Part shown: positions 17,247 through 25,957 of the stretch, one piece after another
Layout: every line of letters begins with the position of its first letter
How positions within the stretch are numbered: the first letter of the stretch is position 1
IMG/VR virus record: IMGVR_UViG_3300045107_000842
Span: 1-60,347 of that record
Direction: 5' to 3' (one strand)
DNA: 60,347 nt
Source of the DNA: a virus
Lineage: Duplodnaviria > Caudoviricetes
Notes under the pieces: generated by a model
What the model was told of the DNA's origin: nothing
What the model saw: the letters and a program-made list of their open reading frames with translations, nothing else
The model's database searches: none
Position numbers and translations under genes: made by a program

Positions 17247-17492
17247 ATGATTGCAACCAAGGCGATTGGCGCTCTATGCGCGATCCTTCTGCTGTCGGCC
17301 TGCACGCAAACCCAATGGGTCAAGAGCGGGACAACATCGGCCCAGACGGACGCCGACACCAGCGCCTGCAGGCGGGTCGCCGGCCAGGACGGCTTCATCA
17401 CCGTGTATCAGAACGACTACGAGCTGGCCGACGCCGAGAGCCGATTCCGGGACTGCATGAAGGGCCGCGGCTACGCCGACCAGGGTCACTAG
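17247..17492 (+). CDS. Small lipoprotein (moron)
   Basis: Lipobox LLSAC; WVKSG..D...C and CMKGRGY. Confidence 0.8.
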   Translation: MIATKAIGALCAILLLSACTQTQWVKSGTTSAQTDADTSACRRVAGQDGFITVYQNDYELADAESRFRDCMKGRGYADQGH

Positions 17493-17497
17493 AGGCA

Positions 17498-17586
17498 TGG
17501 CGGAAGGGGTGGGATTTGAACCCACGGACCGTGGTTAGGCCTCCGGTGTTCGGGACCGGTGCAATCAGCCGCTCTGCCACCCTTCC
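17498..17586 (-). tRNA. tRNA-Ser(CGA), 89 nt, encoded CCA, atypical anticodon loop
   Basis: Acceptor GGAAGGG/CCCTTCC, discriminator G, CCA; anticodon stem CCGGT/ACCGG with loop CC-CGA-AC; long variable arm; T arm GTGGG-TTCAAAT-CCCAC. Confidence 0.92.
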
Positions 17587-17591
17587 TGGGA

Positions 17592-17885
17592 TCACCGCCG
17601 CGGCGCCCTGCCCTTCTCCGCGTGCCGGCGGTTGTCGCAGGCCGGGCAGAGCGTCCGCAGGTTGCCGGGGTCGTCCGTTCCGCCGTCCTTGACCTCGACG
17701 ATGTGGTCGACGCGCAGCCGGCCGCCCTTGTGGCCGCAGAGGACGCAGGCATGGCCGTCGCGCTCCAGCACGACCTGGCGGGTCCTTTCCCATCCGGCGG
17801 TGTGGTAGCGCGCGTGGGCCGGGTCGGCCGGCTTCTGGTAGGGGCGCCAGCCGGCGGGGCGGTGGCGGGGCGGTGCGACGGCCAT
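17592..17885 (-). CDS. HNH endonuclease (phage packaging-associated type)
   Basis: WERTRQVVLERDGHACVLC..VDHIVEVKDGGTDDPGNLRTLCPAC. Confidence 0.9.
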   Translation of the reverse strand: MAVAPPRHRPAGWRPYQKPADPAHARYHTAGWERTRQVVLERDGHACVLCGHKGGRLRVDHIVEVKDGGTDDPGNLRTLCPACDNRRHAEKGRAPRR

Positions 17886-18232
17886 CAGCGCTTCCCCTCG
17901 AACGCCTTGCGGATCTTCGCACTGAGGGAAGCCGCGGCCCGACGCTTGCGGCTTGCCGCGACCTGCTCGGCGGGCTGGACGATCTGCGGCATGAAGTCGG
18001 CCGGCGCGTAGGGATCGGCGTCCTTCGGACGATGGATGTTGGCCAGCGTGCTGGCGACGATGCCGACCGCAAGCGCCTCGGCCGGCGGGCCGAACGGCTC
18101 GATGGCCTCGTAGGCCATCCACTCCGCGAGCTCCCGGCTCGAGCAGCGGCGGAGCAGCTCGGCCACCGTAGTGCCGAGCTGCAGCGCCAGGCGGAAATAG
18201 AACCGCCGCTCGGGCCGGGTCAGGAGTTTTTT
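17885..18232 (-). CDS. Tail assembly chaperone, frameshift (GT-like) C-terminal part
   Basis: -1 frame after the slippery site reads LLTRPERRFYFRLALQLGTTVAEL..SSRELAEWMAY..EPFG. Confidence 0.82.
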   Translation of the reverse strand, partial: KKLLTRPERRFYFRLALQLGTTVAELLRRCSSRELAEWMAYEAIEPFGPPAEALAVGIVASTLANIHRPKDADPYAPADFMPQIVQPAEQVAASRKRRAAASLSAKIRKAFEGKR

Positions 18233-18582
18233 GCGAGGTCCTTGACGTCCTGCCGGGTGAGCCCGTTGAGCCGCGCCGCGGCCGTGAACAGGCGGTCGAG
18301 CGCCCGGGCCGACTTGGACCCGAGCGCGTCGGCATCCTCGTCGGCGAACAGGCGAACGCCGTTCGCGTCGACGGCGGTCAGCACCACGAGCCGGGCCCGG
18401 ATGTTCTCGACGGTGCGCCCGGCGCCGGCGCCCATCATCGCCTGCTCCCAGGCGTCGCGCTCCGCGCCGGTGAAGGAGCGGATCCAGACCGAGCCGCCGC
18501 CCCACTCGGGCACGGCGACCTCGACCTTGGGCAGGTCGTCGGCGGCGAGGATCGCCTCGCGCGTCAGCACGCCGCCGCTCAC
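18220..18582 (-). CDS. Tail assembly chaperone (G-like)
   Basis: LTREAILAADD..VPEWGG; follows the tail tube gene; ends in the slippery site. Confidence 0.85.
   Translation of the reverse strand: MSGGVLTREAILAADDLPKVEVAVPEWGGGSVWIRSFTGAERDAWEQAMMGAGAGRTVENIRARLVVLTAVDANGVRLFADEDADALGSKSARALDRLFTAAARLNGLTRQDVKDLAKNS
18226..18232 (-). promoter_or_regulatory. Programmed -1 frameshift slippery heptamer A AAA AAC
   Basis: Minus strand GCA AAA AAC TCC TGA at the end of the chaperone gene; X XXY YYZ pattern. Confidence 0.85.
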
Positions 18583-18998
18583 TGCCAGGTGACCGGGCCG
18601 GTGACACGGAGCTTGATCGACAGCCGGATGGCGTCGTCGACCTTGCCCTTGATGCTGAACTCCTTGACGATCGCCGTGAAGCTCAGCGTCGTCGGGCCGG
18701 CGTCGGTCAGCAGCAGCCTGAAGTTGCGCCGCGTGCGGTTGTCGCGGTCGGTGCGCAGGCCGACCTGGCCGGTGTCCGACGGGATCAGGTTGGCGGTGAA
18801 GTCGAACTCGCCCTCGTCCTTCAGGCCGAGCAGGAACTCCTTGGCGGAGCTCGACAGGCTGGTGACGTCGATCTCGGCCGCGCTGCCGCCCGGGCCGTCG
18901 AACGTCATGATCTCGGCGATGGCGGAGAAGATCTCCGGCGTGGCGCCGTTCCCGCGCTGCAGGACGACGCCCTGGGTCTGCAGGGCATTCGAGGCCAT
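18579..18998 (-). CDS. Major tail tube protein
   Basis: GPGGSAAEIDVTSLSS..KEFLLGLKDEG; LRVTGPVTW. Confidence 0.88.
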   Translation of the reverse strand: MASNALQTQGVVLQRGNGATPEIFSAIAEIMTFDGPGGSAAEIDVTSLSSSAKEFLLGLKDEGEFDFTANLIPSDTGQVGLRTDRDNRTRRNFRLLLTDAGPTTLSFTAIVKEFSIKGKVDDAIRLSIKLRVTGPVTWQ

Positions 18999-19053
18999 CG
19001 GGGGGCTGCTCCAGATGTCAGGGATCAGGGATCGGCGGATCGGCGGCTGGCGG

Positions 19054-19560
19054 TCAGGCCGAGGTGCCGATGATCACGATGTCGTAGGTCACCCCGGTGG
19101 TGCCGCCGCTGTTGGCGACCTTCAGGATGTCGCCGGTCGAGGCGGTGACCGCATAGCCGGAGCCCTGCGGGTCGACCAGGAGGAAGACCCCGCCGGGACG
19201 GATGTTGATCTTGTCCGTGGTGTCGGCGACCCAGTTGACGAAGCCGTTCGACGCGGCACCGCCGACCACCACGTCGTTGGTGTTGCCCGCGGCCGCCTTG
19301 ATGTAGATCGCCTTGATCTTGACGAAGGTCAGCGTGGCGCCGAAGGCGTCCGCCAGCACGCCGGCGAGGTCGAGGTTCTCCGAGCTGCTGGCGGCAATCG
19401 TGCGGGTGTCGGAGAAGACCAGGTCGGCCTGGCCGTTGCCGGTGCCCGAGGACAGCGACAGCGCGTTCTTGATCGCGTGGGCCGCGATCGGCGTGGTCAG
19501 GTCGAGCGCGGCCTGGTAGGCGGCCGCGACGTTGACGGCGATGTCGGTCTGCAGGCTCAT
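19054..19560 (-). CDS. Putative virion structural protein
   Basis: ATG 19560 with GGGGAG RBS; beta-rich Ala/Thr/Gly protein between tail terminator and tail tube genes. Confidence 0.7.
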   Translation of the reverse strand: MSLQTDIAVNVAAAYQAALDLTTPIAAHAIKNALSLSSGTGNGQADLVFSDTRTIAASSSENLDLAGVLADAFGATLTFVKIKAIYIKAAAGNTNDVVVGGAASNGFVNWVADTTDKINIRPGGVFLLVDPQGSGYAVTASTGDILKVANSGGTTGVTYDIVIIGTSA

Positions 19561-19571
19561 GGGGTGCTCCC

Positions 19572-19985
19572 CTATTCCGAATGCCAGACGAGGAAATCGA
19601 TCGAGACGCGGTGCAGCAGCTCCGGCGCCTCGTAGAGATCCCGGCGATCCTCGAAGAGGATCGAGCGGACGATGGTGGTATCGGCGGCCGCCGTGTCGCC
19701 GCGGTAGCCGTCGAGGCAGGCGCGGATCGCGGCGCCCAGCGACTTGGCGACGCCGCGCCGGTCGGCCCAGGCATCGACCTGGTAGCGCGAGCGCATCAGG
19801 TTGGACGGCCCGCGCAGATGCTGGCCCGCATCGAGGGCCGAGATCTCCTGGAAGGTCACGAAGGGCTTGGCCACGTCGCCCGGCGCGACGACGGCGTAGA
19901 CGCGAACCCCGACGAGCGCGGCGACCGCCGCGTCGGCCTTCAGCCGGGCGCCCAGCGCCTCCTCGATGTCGGAGGGCGCGTTCAC
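19572..19985 (-). CDS. Tail terminator/completion protein (DUF3168-like)
   Basis: LKADAAVAALVGVRVY..PFVTFQEIS..YQVDAWA. Confidence 0.8.
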   Translation of the reverse strand: MNAPSDIEEALGARLKADAAVAALVGVRVYAVVAPGDVAKPFVTFQEISALDAGQHLRGPSNLMRSRYQVDAWADRRGVAKSLGAAIRACLDGYRGDTAAADTTIVRSILFEDRRDLYEAPELLHRVSIDFLVWHSE

Positions 19986-20446
19986 TTGCTGCCGGCCAGC
20001 TTGCGGAACGCAGCCTCGATGCGCGGGCCCATGTCGGCGCCGATGGCCTGTACGGCCTCGTCGCCCTTGGCGTCGAGCGCCGGGCGGGCGAAGGGCCGTG
20101 CCGGCTCGTGCCGGGTGCCGAACTCCAAGAAGCTGGCGTAATAGGCTCGGCGATTCGGGCCGATGCCGACCGCCAGCGTGGCCAGCGCCGCGTCGAGGCC
20201 GCGCTTGATGCGCACGCCGATGCTGGCGCGCAGATAGCCCGGCAGCCGCCCGGTCTTGGCATTCTTGCCCATTTTCTTCACCCGCCCGTCCTGGCGGACC
20301 GGCGCGCGCGCCTTCATCTCGTCGGCGATGATCCGGGCGCCCTTGCGCAGCGACTGCTCGGCCACCTTCCTGGCGACCTCGTCCGGCAGCTCCTTGAGGG
20401 CTTTCTCCAGGCCGTCGAAGCCGGTCAGCTTGAGGAACTCGCTCAT
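19982..20446 (-). CDS. HK97 gp10-family morphogenesis protein
   Basis: ARAPV..G.LRASI; YYASFLEFGT..PARPFARPA. Confidence 0.88.
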   Translation of the reverse strand: MSEFLKLTGFDGLEKALKELPDEVARKVAEQSLRKGARIIADEMKARAPVRQDGRVKKMGKNAKTGRLPGYLRASIGVRIKRGLDAALATLAVGIGPNRRAYYASFLEFGTRHEPARPFARPALDAKGDEAVQAIGADMGPRIEAAFRKLAGSK

Positions 20447-20808
20447 CGCCCCATTCCCGCGCCGCGCACGGCGAGGTTGATCCGCACCAGCACGTCGTCG
20501 ACGCGCACCAGGTCGGGCGCGCGGACGACGCGGTCATAGCCGCGCAGCGTGACGTGATCGCCGGCCTGCGGCGGCCAGCACCATTGCCGGGCGGTCATCT
20601 CGGTCGGCGAGATCACCAGGATGGTGTCGCCCTGGACGGCGAATCCCTCCTGGTCGGCCGGCGTGAAGCCCCGGACGATGGCCCGCAGCTCGACGGTGAG
20701 CGCCACGGTCGCGGCGCCGGGCCCGGCGGTGTCGCGGCGCAGGGTCACCGTCTCGCCGTGAACCGCGAGCTGCCGGTCGAGCGCGGCGATCGCCGCGGCC
20801 GGGGTCAC
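20443..20808 (-). CDS. Head closure/stopper-like protein
   Basis: LDRQLAVHGETVTLRR...RINLAVRG; position between connector and gp10. Confidence 0.65.
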   Translation of the reverse strand: MTPAAAIAALDRQLAVHGETVTLRRDTAGPGAATVALTVELRAIVRGFTPADQEGFAVQGDTILVISPTEMTARQWCWPPQAGDHVTLRGYDRVVRAPDLVRVDDVLVRINLAVRGAGMGR

Positions 20809-20915
20809 AGCAGCGCCCAGGCGAGCCCGGCCAGGCCGAGCGCCAGCAGCAGGACGGCGGCGACCATGGCGCCGGTGTCGGCCGGCAGCGGCTCGTAGTC
20901 CCTGTCGCAGCGCAT
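20805..20915 (-). CDS. Small single-TM protein, 36 aa
   Basis: TGATG and GTGA coupling to neighbours; hydrophobic C-terminal half. Confidence 0.45.
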   Translation of the reverse strand: MRCDRDYEPLPADTGAMVAAVLLLALGLAGLAWALL

Positions 20916-21343
20916 CAGCGGCAGGCGGCGCGCACCGCCAGGACCGTCGAGCCGGCATAGGTGCCGGCGACCACCACCTTGGCACGCAGCCGGTCGCCCA
21001 GCGCGCCGTCGAGGCAGGTGTCGTCGGTCAGCGCGCCGTCGGTGGGGGTGGCGGCCGTGGTCTTCGGCGTCAGGCCGGAAAGGTTGACGACCTTCGCGCC
21101 GCTCGCCGTGGTGAAGGTGACGCAGGCGATGTCGCACCAGCTCGCCCCCTGGTCGAAGCTGGTCTGGACGTAGACCTGGACCTTGGTGCCGCCGGAGCCG
21201 TAGGCGAGCCGCGCCAGCAGGCTGACGGCGGTGAGGCCGTCGAGGTCGTCGACGACGTCGCAGGTCACGGTGCCGGCGCCGGTGATCGCCAGGTCGCTGG
21301 CGCCGGCGTTCTGCGTCAGGGAATAGATGCCGGGCAGGTTCAC
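20915..21343 (-). CDS. Putative virion structural protein
   Basis: 142 aa beta-rich ORF coupled to the connector gene. Confidence 0.7.
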   Translation of the reverse strand: MNLPGIYSLTQNAGASDLAITGAGTVTCDVVDDLDGLTAVSLLARLAYGSGGTKVQVYVQTSFDQGASWCDIACVTFTTASGAKVVNLSGLTPKTTAATPTDGALTDDTCLDGALGDRLRAKVVVAGTYAGSTVLAVRAACR

Positions 21344-21996
21344 AGCGGCACCCTCCGATAGTTGTCCAGCACGGCGGCGACGGTGTCGGGAATGCCGCCG
21401 GTCCCGCCGCCGGGCATGCCGATCTGGTAGGCGAAGTCGCCGACGCCGGCGACGCTCTCGCTGCGCAGCGCCGGGTCGCGGCCGCGGGCGAACCAGCGGG
21501 CCTTGACCAGGTCGAGGCAGGCGCGCTCGAGCTCGTCGGGCAGGCCGGTGACCATGACGTAGCCGCCGGTGTAGGTGACGGCGATCGGCGCCGGCGCCCA
21601 GGAGGCGCGGTTGCCGTCCGAATCGAGCCGCCAGAGCCGGCCGCTATCCTCGTCGAGCTCCCAGTCGGCCGTGGTCAGCGTGGTGCCGTCCTCGACCACC
21701 GAGGCGACCGCCGTCACCGGCGGCCGGCTGAGCAGCAGCAGCTCGACCCGCTGCACGACGCCGCCATAGGTGACCCGATGGCGTGGCGGCCGGAAGCGGT
21801 CGGTGACGGTGGCCTGCGCCAGGTCGCGGTTGCAGTAGCGCACGATGTCGCCGCTGGCCTGGCGGATGTAGCGGGCCAGCGTCTCGTCCTGGGCGGCGTC
21901 GGTCAGCAGCAGCTCCTCCCGCGCGGTCGCCAGCGTGGTCATCTCGACCGAGGCCGCGTCGGTGACGGTGACGGTGGTCCAGGGGGAGAGATTCAT
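21340..21996 (-). CDS. Head-tail connector/adaptor (gp6-like)
   Basis: TTLATAREEL..YIRQASGDIVRYCNR; VTYTGGY..LPDELERAC; LDNYRR. Confidence 0.82.
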   Translation of the reverse strand: MNLSPWTTVTVTDAASVEMTTLATAREELLLTDAAQDETLARYIRQASGDIVRYCNRDLAQATVTDRFRPPRHRVTYGGVVQRVELLLLSRPPVTAVASVVEDGTTLTTADWELDEDSGRLWRLDSDGNRASWAPAPIAVTYTGGYVMVTGLPDELERACLDLVKARWFARGRDPALRSESVAGVGDFAYQIGMPGGGTGGIPDTVAAVLDNYRRVPL

Positions 21997-22208
21997 GCGT
22001 CCCTCGGCTCGGCCGGGCCGCCGCGGCCGCGCGGCCGGGCATGGGCGCCGGCGTCGCGCCCGGACGCCGCGTCGGCGCGGCCGCGCGGGCGTGCGCGGTG
22101 GCTCGGGCTCGGCGACCCCACCGGGGGCAGCGGCGCCGTCGAGCTGACGGCCGGCGGGAAATAGCTGGCCGCGTAGAAGCCGGCCGGGAAGAAGCCGTGC
22201 GCGAACAT
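21993..22208 (-). CDS. Hypothetical protein with aromatic N-terminal repeat (FAHGFFPAGFYAASYFP)
   Basis: TGATG and ATGA coupling to both neighbours. Confidence 0.5.
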   Translation of the reverse strand: MFAHGFFPAGFYAASYFPPAVSSTAPLPPVGSPSPSHRARPRGRADAASGRDAGAHARPRGRGGPAEPRDA

Positions 22209-23041
22209 CAGCTCGGGTCGAGGGTGACGGCGCTGCGGTTGCCGTTGCTGTCGACCGTGGCCGCGATGCGGTTCTTCGTGTCGTTCGTGTCGCGGATGGC
22301 GATCGAGGTCGTGCCGGCGCCGGAGAGCTTTCCCGCGAGCGCCGCCAGCATCAGGCGCCACCCCTGGCGCGGGGTGCGGCCCGTCTCGATGCCGTCCGTG
22401 CGGTCGAGCAGCGCATCGGCGACGCTGTTGCGCTCGCTGCTGGTGAGCGCCATGGCAGAGCCGACGGCGGCCGGGCTGGCCGGCAGGTTGTCGGTCTTCG
22501 CCTTGATGGCGGCAATCGAGCTGTTGTCCGGCGCCGTATAGGAGCCCCCCGCCAGCCGGCTGCTGATCGCGGCGTCGATGTCAGTGACCAACAGCTTGCC
22601 GATGCTGCCGACGGTGGCGAGCGCGGAGGTCAGCGCGTCCCAGATGGCCTGCACGCCGGCGGCGGAGAGCGCGTAGCCGGTCTTGTCGGCGACGCCCTGG
22701 ACCGGCCGGTTGGCGATCGAGAAATGGGCCAGCACGGCGTTGACCGTCTGGCCGTCGATCACGGCGCCGGCCACCATCACGGCATAATCGTGGCCGGCGG
22801 CGTAGAACCCGGCATCCGTGTTGTCGCTGAGATCGATGGCGCAAAGGTGGATCCCGGTGCGACCGTCGAAATCGACGGTGTCGGTGATGCCCGCGGCGCT
22901 CGCCCGTTCCGTCGTCGAGGCGTCCTTGTAGATCTTGATGCCGCCGGCGGTGGCGCGCGTGATCGAGGCACCGGACTGGCCGTTGCTGCCCCAGAGGAAC
23001 CGCACGGTCGCGCCGGCGGCGAGGTCGCCCAGCCAGATCAT
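22208..23041 (-). CDS. Putative virion structural protein
   Basis: 277 aa Ala/Thr/Gly-rich; C-terminal RIAATVDSNGNRSAVTLD; head module. Confidence 0.75.
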   Translation of the reverse strand: MIWLGDLAAGATVRFLWGSNGQSGASITRATAGGIKIYKDASTTERASAAGITDTVDFDGRTGIHLCAIDLSDNTDAGFYAAGHDYAVMVAGAVIDGQTVNAVLAHFSIANRPVQGVADKTGYALSAAGVQAIWDALTSALATVGSIGKLLVTDIDAAISSRLAGGSYTAPDNSSIAAIKAKTDNLPASPAAVGSAMALTSSERNSVADALLDRTDGIETGRTPRQGWRLMLAALAGKLSGAGTTSIAIRDTNDTKNRIAATVDSNGNRSAVTLDPS

Positions 23042-24453
23042 GCCGCGAGCAGCCCTCCGACCAGGCGCGAGGCGCCAACGGGCGCATTGAGGTAGACGCC
23101 CGGCGCGACGATACGGTCATGCCGCGCGATCTTCGGCGCCGGCGAGAGCGTGACCTTCGGGTCGACATAGACCGTCTGCGACGCCTTCCCAACCTTCACC
23201 GTGCAACGGATGTCGCCGGCCTGCTGCGGGGTGAACGAGACCGACAGCACCTGAGGGCTGCCGGGGCTGCTCGCCCAGGTGGCGCCACTGGCGGTCAGCG
23301 CCGTGCCGGTGGCGAGGTTGTTGGCCTTCGTGCTGGTCGCGAACGACGCTTGCGGGCTGCTGGCGCTCCCGAGATACTCGACCTCAAGCCACACGTCGTC
23401 GTTGTTCAGCGCGCCGCTGGCGACGATCTCGACGGTGGCCGTCACGCTGCTGCCGACCGTGTCGTTCCAGATCGCGATGGGGAAGCTTTCGAAGGGAAAC
23501 ACCCACTTCGCGTTGGCCGTCGAGACGATCTTGTGGCTCAACGCCGTCGTGCCGTCGCTCGCCCCGCCCGAGCGGACGATGGTGGTCTCCTGGACCAGCG
23601 AGCCCTCGTAGCGATAGCGCTCTTGCCGGTAGTTCGTAGCGCCGCTGGCGCAGTTGATGACGTCGGTCGTCGGGCCGCCCTGCCCGACCGGAGTTGCCGC
23701 GACGGTAACGCTGGCCCCGAGCTTGCAGTTGATGAAGGTGAACGCCGTCGGCGGCGCGGTCGGCGCGCCGACGAGCGTCTTGCCGGAGCCGGCATTGCTC
23801 AGGTCGAGGCCGTCGCACACGATGATGCCGGCGTGCGTCGAGGAGTTGAACAGGGTCGTGGGGATCGTTCCCTGAATAGCGTTTGGCGTATTCCTCCAAA
23901 GCACGTTGTTGTTGGCGAACACGATCTTCTGGCTGGTCGAGCCGAAGGTGATCGTGGTGTTGTTGAGGATGGTCTTGAACAGGGACGTGCCGCCGGACCC
24001 GAGGTTGACCGTTGACGATGTGTTCGTGTTGTTCAGGACGAGCGCGCAGGTATCGAACTGGACCGCGCTGCTCGTGCTGCCGGAGAAGATGGTGATGTTG
24101 CCCTGCGTGCTCGAGCTGGACGCATTGAAGGTCACGCCCCAGTAGTAGGCATAGCCGGTGAACGTGATGGACGAGGCGGTGGTCGTGTTGATCTTGGCGC
24201 CGGCCAACAGGCTGGTGTTGATCGGCGAGGCGACCGTGTGATCGACGCTGTAGAAGAAGCAGGGGTTGGCCGGAGTGCCCTTGCTGGCCAGCGTGACGTT
24301 GCCGGCGGTGCTCTCGTTATGGTCGTCGGCGATCCAGAAGCGATCGCCCGCCGCGCTCGCCGTGTTGGCCGCGGTCAGGGTGGTGAACGCATTGGCCCAG
24401 TCGGCACCCGTGCCCGCGCCAGCCGCTCCCGAACGGACGAACCAATCGGTCAT
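23038..24453 (-). CDS. Ser/Thr/Asn-rich beta-strand protein, putative head fibre/decoration
   Basis: 471 aa; N-terminal GAGTGADWANAFTTL..AGDRFWI as in beta-helix proteins. Confidence 0.75.
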   Translation of the reverse strand: MTDWFVRSGAAGAGTGADWANAFTTLTAANTASAAGDRFWIADDHNESTAGNVTLASKGTPANPCFFYSVDHTVASPINTSLLAGAKINTTTASSITFTGYAYYWGVTFNASSSSTQGNITIFSGSTSSAVQFDTCALVLNNTNTSSTVNLGSGGTSLFKTILNNTTITFGSTSQKIVFANNNVLWRNTPNAIQGTIPTTLFNSSTHAGIIVCDGLDLSNAGSGKTLVGAPTAPPTAFTFINCKLGASVTVAATPVGQGGPTTDVINCASGATNYRQERYRYEGSLVQETTIVRSGGASDGTTALSHKIVSTANAKWVFPFESFPIAIWNDTVGSSVTATVEIVASGALNNDDVWLEVEYLGSASSPQASFATSTKANNLATGTALTASGATWASSPGSPQVLSVSFTPQQAGDIRCTVKVGKASQTVYVDPKVTLSPAPKIARHDRIVAPGVYLNAPVGASRLVGGLLAA

Positions 24454-24923
24454 TGCCCGGCACTCGCCCGGATGCTAGCCGCGAGCGCGGCAGCCGGCGC
24501 CAGCTTGTTGGTCCGCAGCGTCGCCGCCTGTCCCGTCGTGATGCCGAAGGCCGACGCCAGCTGCGCGTTGCTCAGCGTGTTCAGGAAATCGCCCACCATC
24601 ACCGCCTGAAGCTGGGTCGCCAGTCCGAAGACCGCCCGAAGCACGAGGAAGTTGGCCGCGGCGGTCGAATAGTTGAGGACCGGGTTGGCCAGCGAGCCGT
24701 TGGCGGCCACGTCGGCGATGTTGCTCGCGATCTCGTTGGCGATCAGGCCGGTGTTGATGTCGGCGACCCGGGCGGTCATCACCGCGGTCGCGTCCTGGCC
24801 ACTCGCCGCCATCCAGGCGAACTCGTAGACAAGCCCGATCTGGTCGGTGTGACGCTCGCGGATCCACCGGCGCCCGTCGGACTGCCTACTGTCCTCGACG
24901 ATGGCGGAAGAGATGATCGCCAT
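24450..24923 (-). CDS. Hypothetical protein, head module
   Basis: 157 aa ORF; GAGG RBS; ATGA coupling. Confidence 0.7.
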   Translation of the reverse strand: MAIISSAIVEDSRQSDGRRWIRERHTDQIGLVYEFAWMAASGQDATAVMTARVADINTGLIANEIASNIADVAANGSLANPVLNYSTAAANFLVLRAVFGLATQLQAVMVGDFLNTLSNAQLASAFGITTGQAATLRTNKLAPAAALAASIRASAGQ

Positions 24924-25021
24924 TACGCCTCAAGACGCGCGCAGCAGCCCGGCCAGGCCGAGCAGCAGCAAGGTGGCGATCACCGCGAGGACGCTGCGCA
25001 GCGCATGGCGCTCGAGCGCGG

Positions 25022-25258
25022 TCAGTTCTGCGGCGCCGTGCCGTCGCCGGTGCCGCCGGCCGGGCCCGGCTGGGGCGCATCGGCCTGCGCCAGGGCGGCC
25101 TCGGCCCGCTCGACGGCGGCGAGCAGGGCCTGGGCGGCGCGCACGGAAGCGTCTCCGATCTGCGCCAGGTGGCTGTCGCTCAGCCCGGCGACGTCGGTGC
25201 GGGCGGCGAGCTGGGCGGCCAGGATCTGGCCGGCAATGTGGATCAGGGCGTCGCGCAT
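25022..25258 (-). CDS. Hypothetical protein
   Basis: 78 aa helical ORF in operon orientation. Confidence 0.6.
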   Translation of the reverse strand: MRDALIHIAGQILAAQLAARTDVAGLSDSHLAQIGDASVRAAQALLAAVERAEAALAQADAPQPGPAGGTGDGTAPQN

Positions 25259-25264
25259 GGTATC

Positions 25265-25957
25265 TCAGACCTCGTGCTGCTGCAGGATCGCGTCGGGGTT
25301 GGCGTAGAAGGCGTTGATGCGGTGCACGCTCGGCGGCACCGGGCGGTAGCTGTGCCAGATCTTCACCGGGCCGTAGCAGGTGGGCTGCCAGTGCTGGCGC
25401 AGGTTCCAGTTGAGCGGCAGGACGAATGGCGCGGTCGCGGTGCGCTCCAGCGCCAGGCCGAATGCGGCCTGGTCGTTGAAGGGCATCAGCGCGCGCTCGC
25501 CGGTCTCGACATGGAGGATCGAGGAATCGACCGACGCGGCCAGCCGCTCCCACGCCGCCATGGCGGCGCGGGCGGCCGGGGTGAAGAACAAGACGCCGGT
25601 GTTGTACTCGACCTCGTCGCCGAGACCGAGGGCGCCGTAGCGGCGCAGCCACGGGCACTCGCAGATGCAGCAGGCGAGCCCGTGCCGGACCGCCTTGGCG
25701 AACCCGAAATCGAGCCGGCCGAGCACCACGGTGTCGGCGTCGAGGTAGAGCGTCTCGCGGAACGGCGTGATCCGGCCCATCGCCGCCTTGCGCAGCAGCC
25801 CCTCGCGGCTGGCGCCGGCTGGCGCGTCGATCCGGTCGACCAGGACCGGCAGCTCGGGGTGGTGCCGGCGGAGCGAGGCGATCGAGCGGTCGAGCGCCGG
25901 GCCGACCGGGCCCCAGGCGATATAGAGGACGCCACGGTCGGCGTGGCTGTCAGTCAC
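25265..25957 (-). CDS. Glycosyltransferase, GT-A fold (GT8-like)
   Basis: RGVLYIAWG, TPFRETLYLDADT, YNTGVLFF, NDQAAF, VLPLNWN, KIWH. Confidence 0.82.
   Translation of the reverse strand: MTDSHADRGVLYIAWGPVGPALDRSIASLRRHHPELPVLVDRIDAPAGASREGLLRKAAMGRITPFRETLYLDADTVVLGRLDFGFAKAVRHGLACCICECPWLRRYGALGLGDEVEYNTGVLFFTPAARAAMAAWERLAASVDSSILHVETGERALMPFNDQAAFGLALERTATAPFVLPLNWNLRQHWQPTCYGPVKIWHSYRPVPPSVHRINAFYANPDAILQQHEV

Noticed and set aside
17498-17586. tRNA-Ser as an attachment site or prophage boundary
   Set aside because: Full-length, embedded in the tail operon, not duplicated in the window, and different from the tRNA fragment at the integrase end
24930-25025. Short hydrophobic reading frame (TALERHALRSVLAVIATLLLLGLAGLLRAS) filling the gap between genes
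   Set aside because: No ATG/GTG/TTG at the expected coupled position (only CTG); may be real but not supportable
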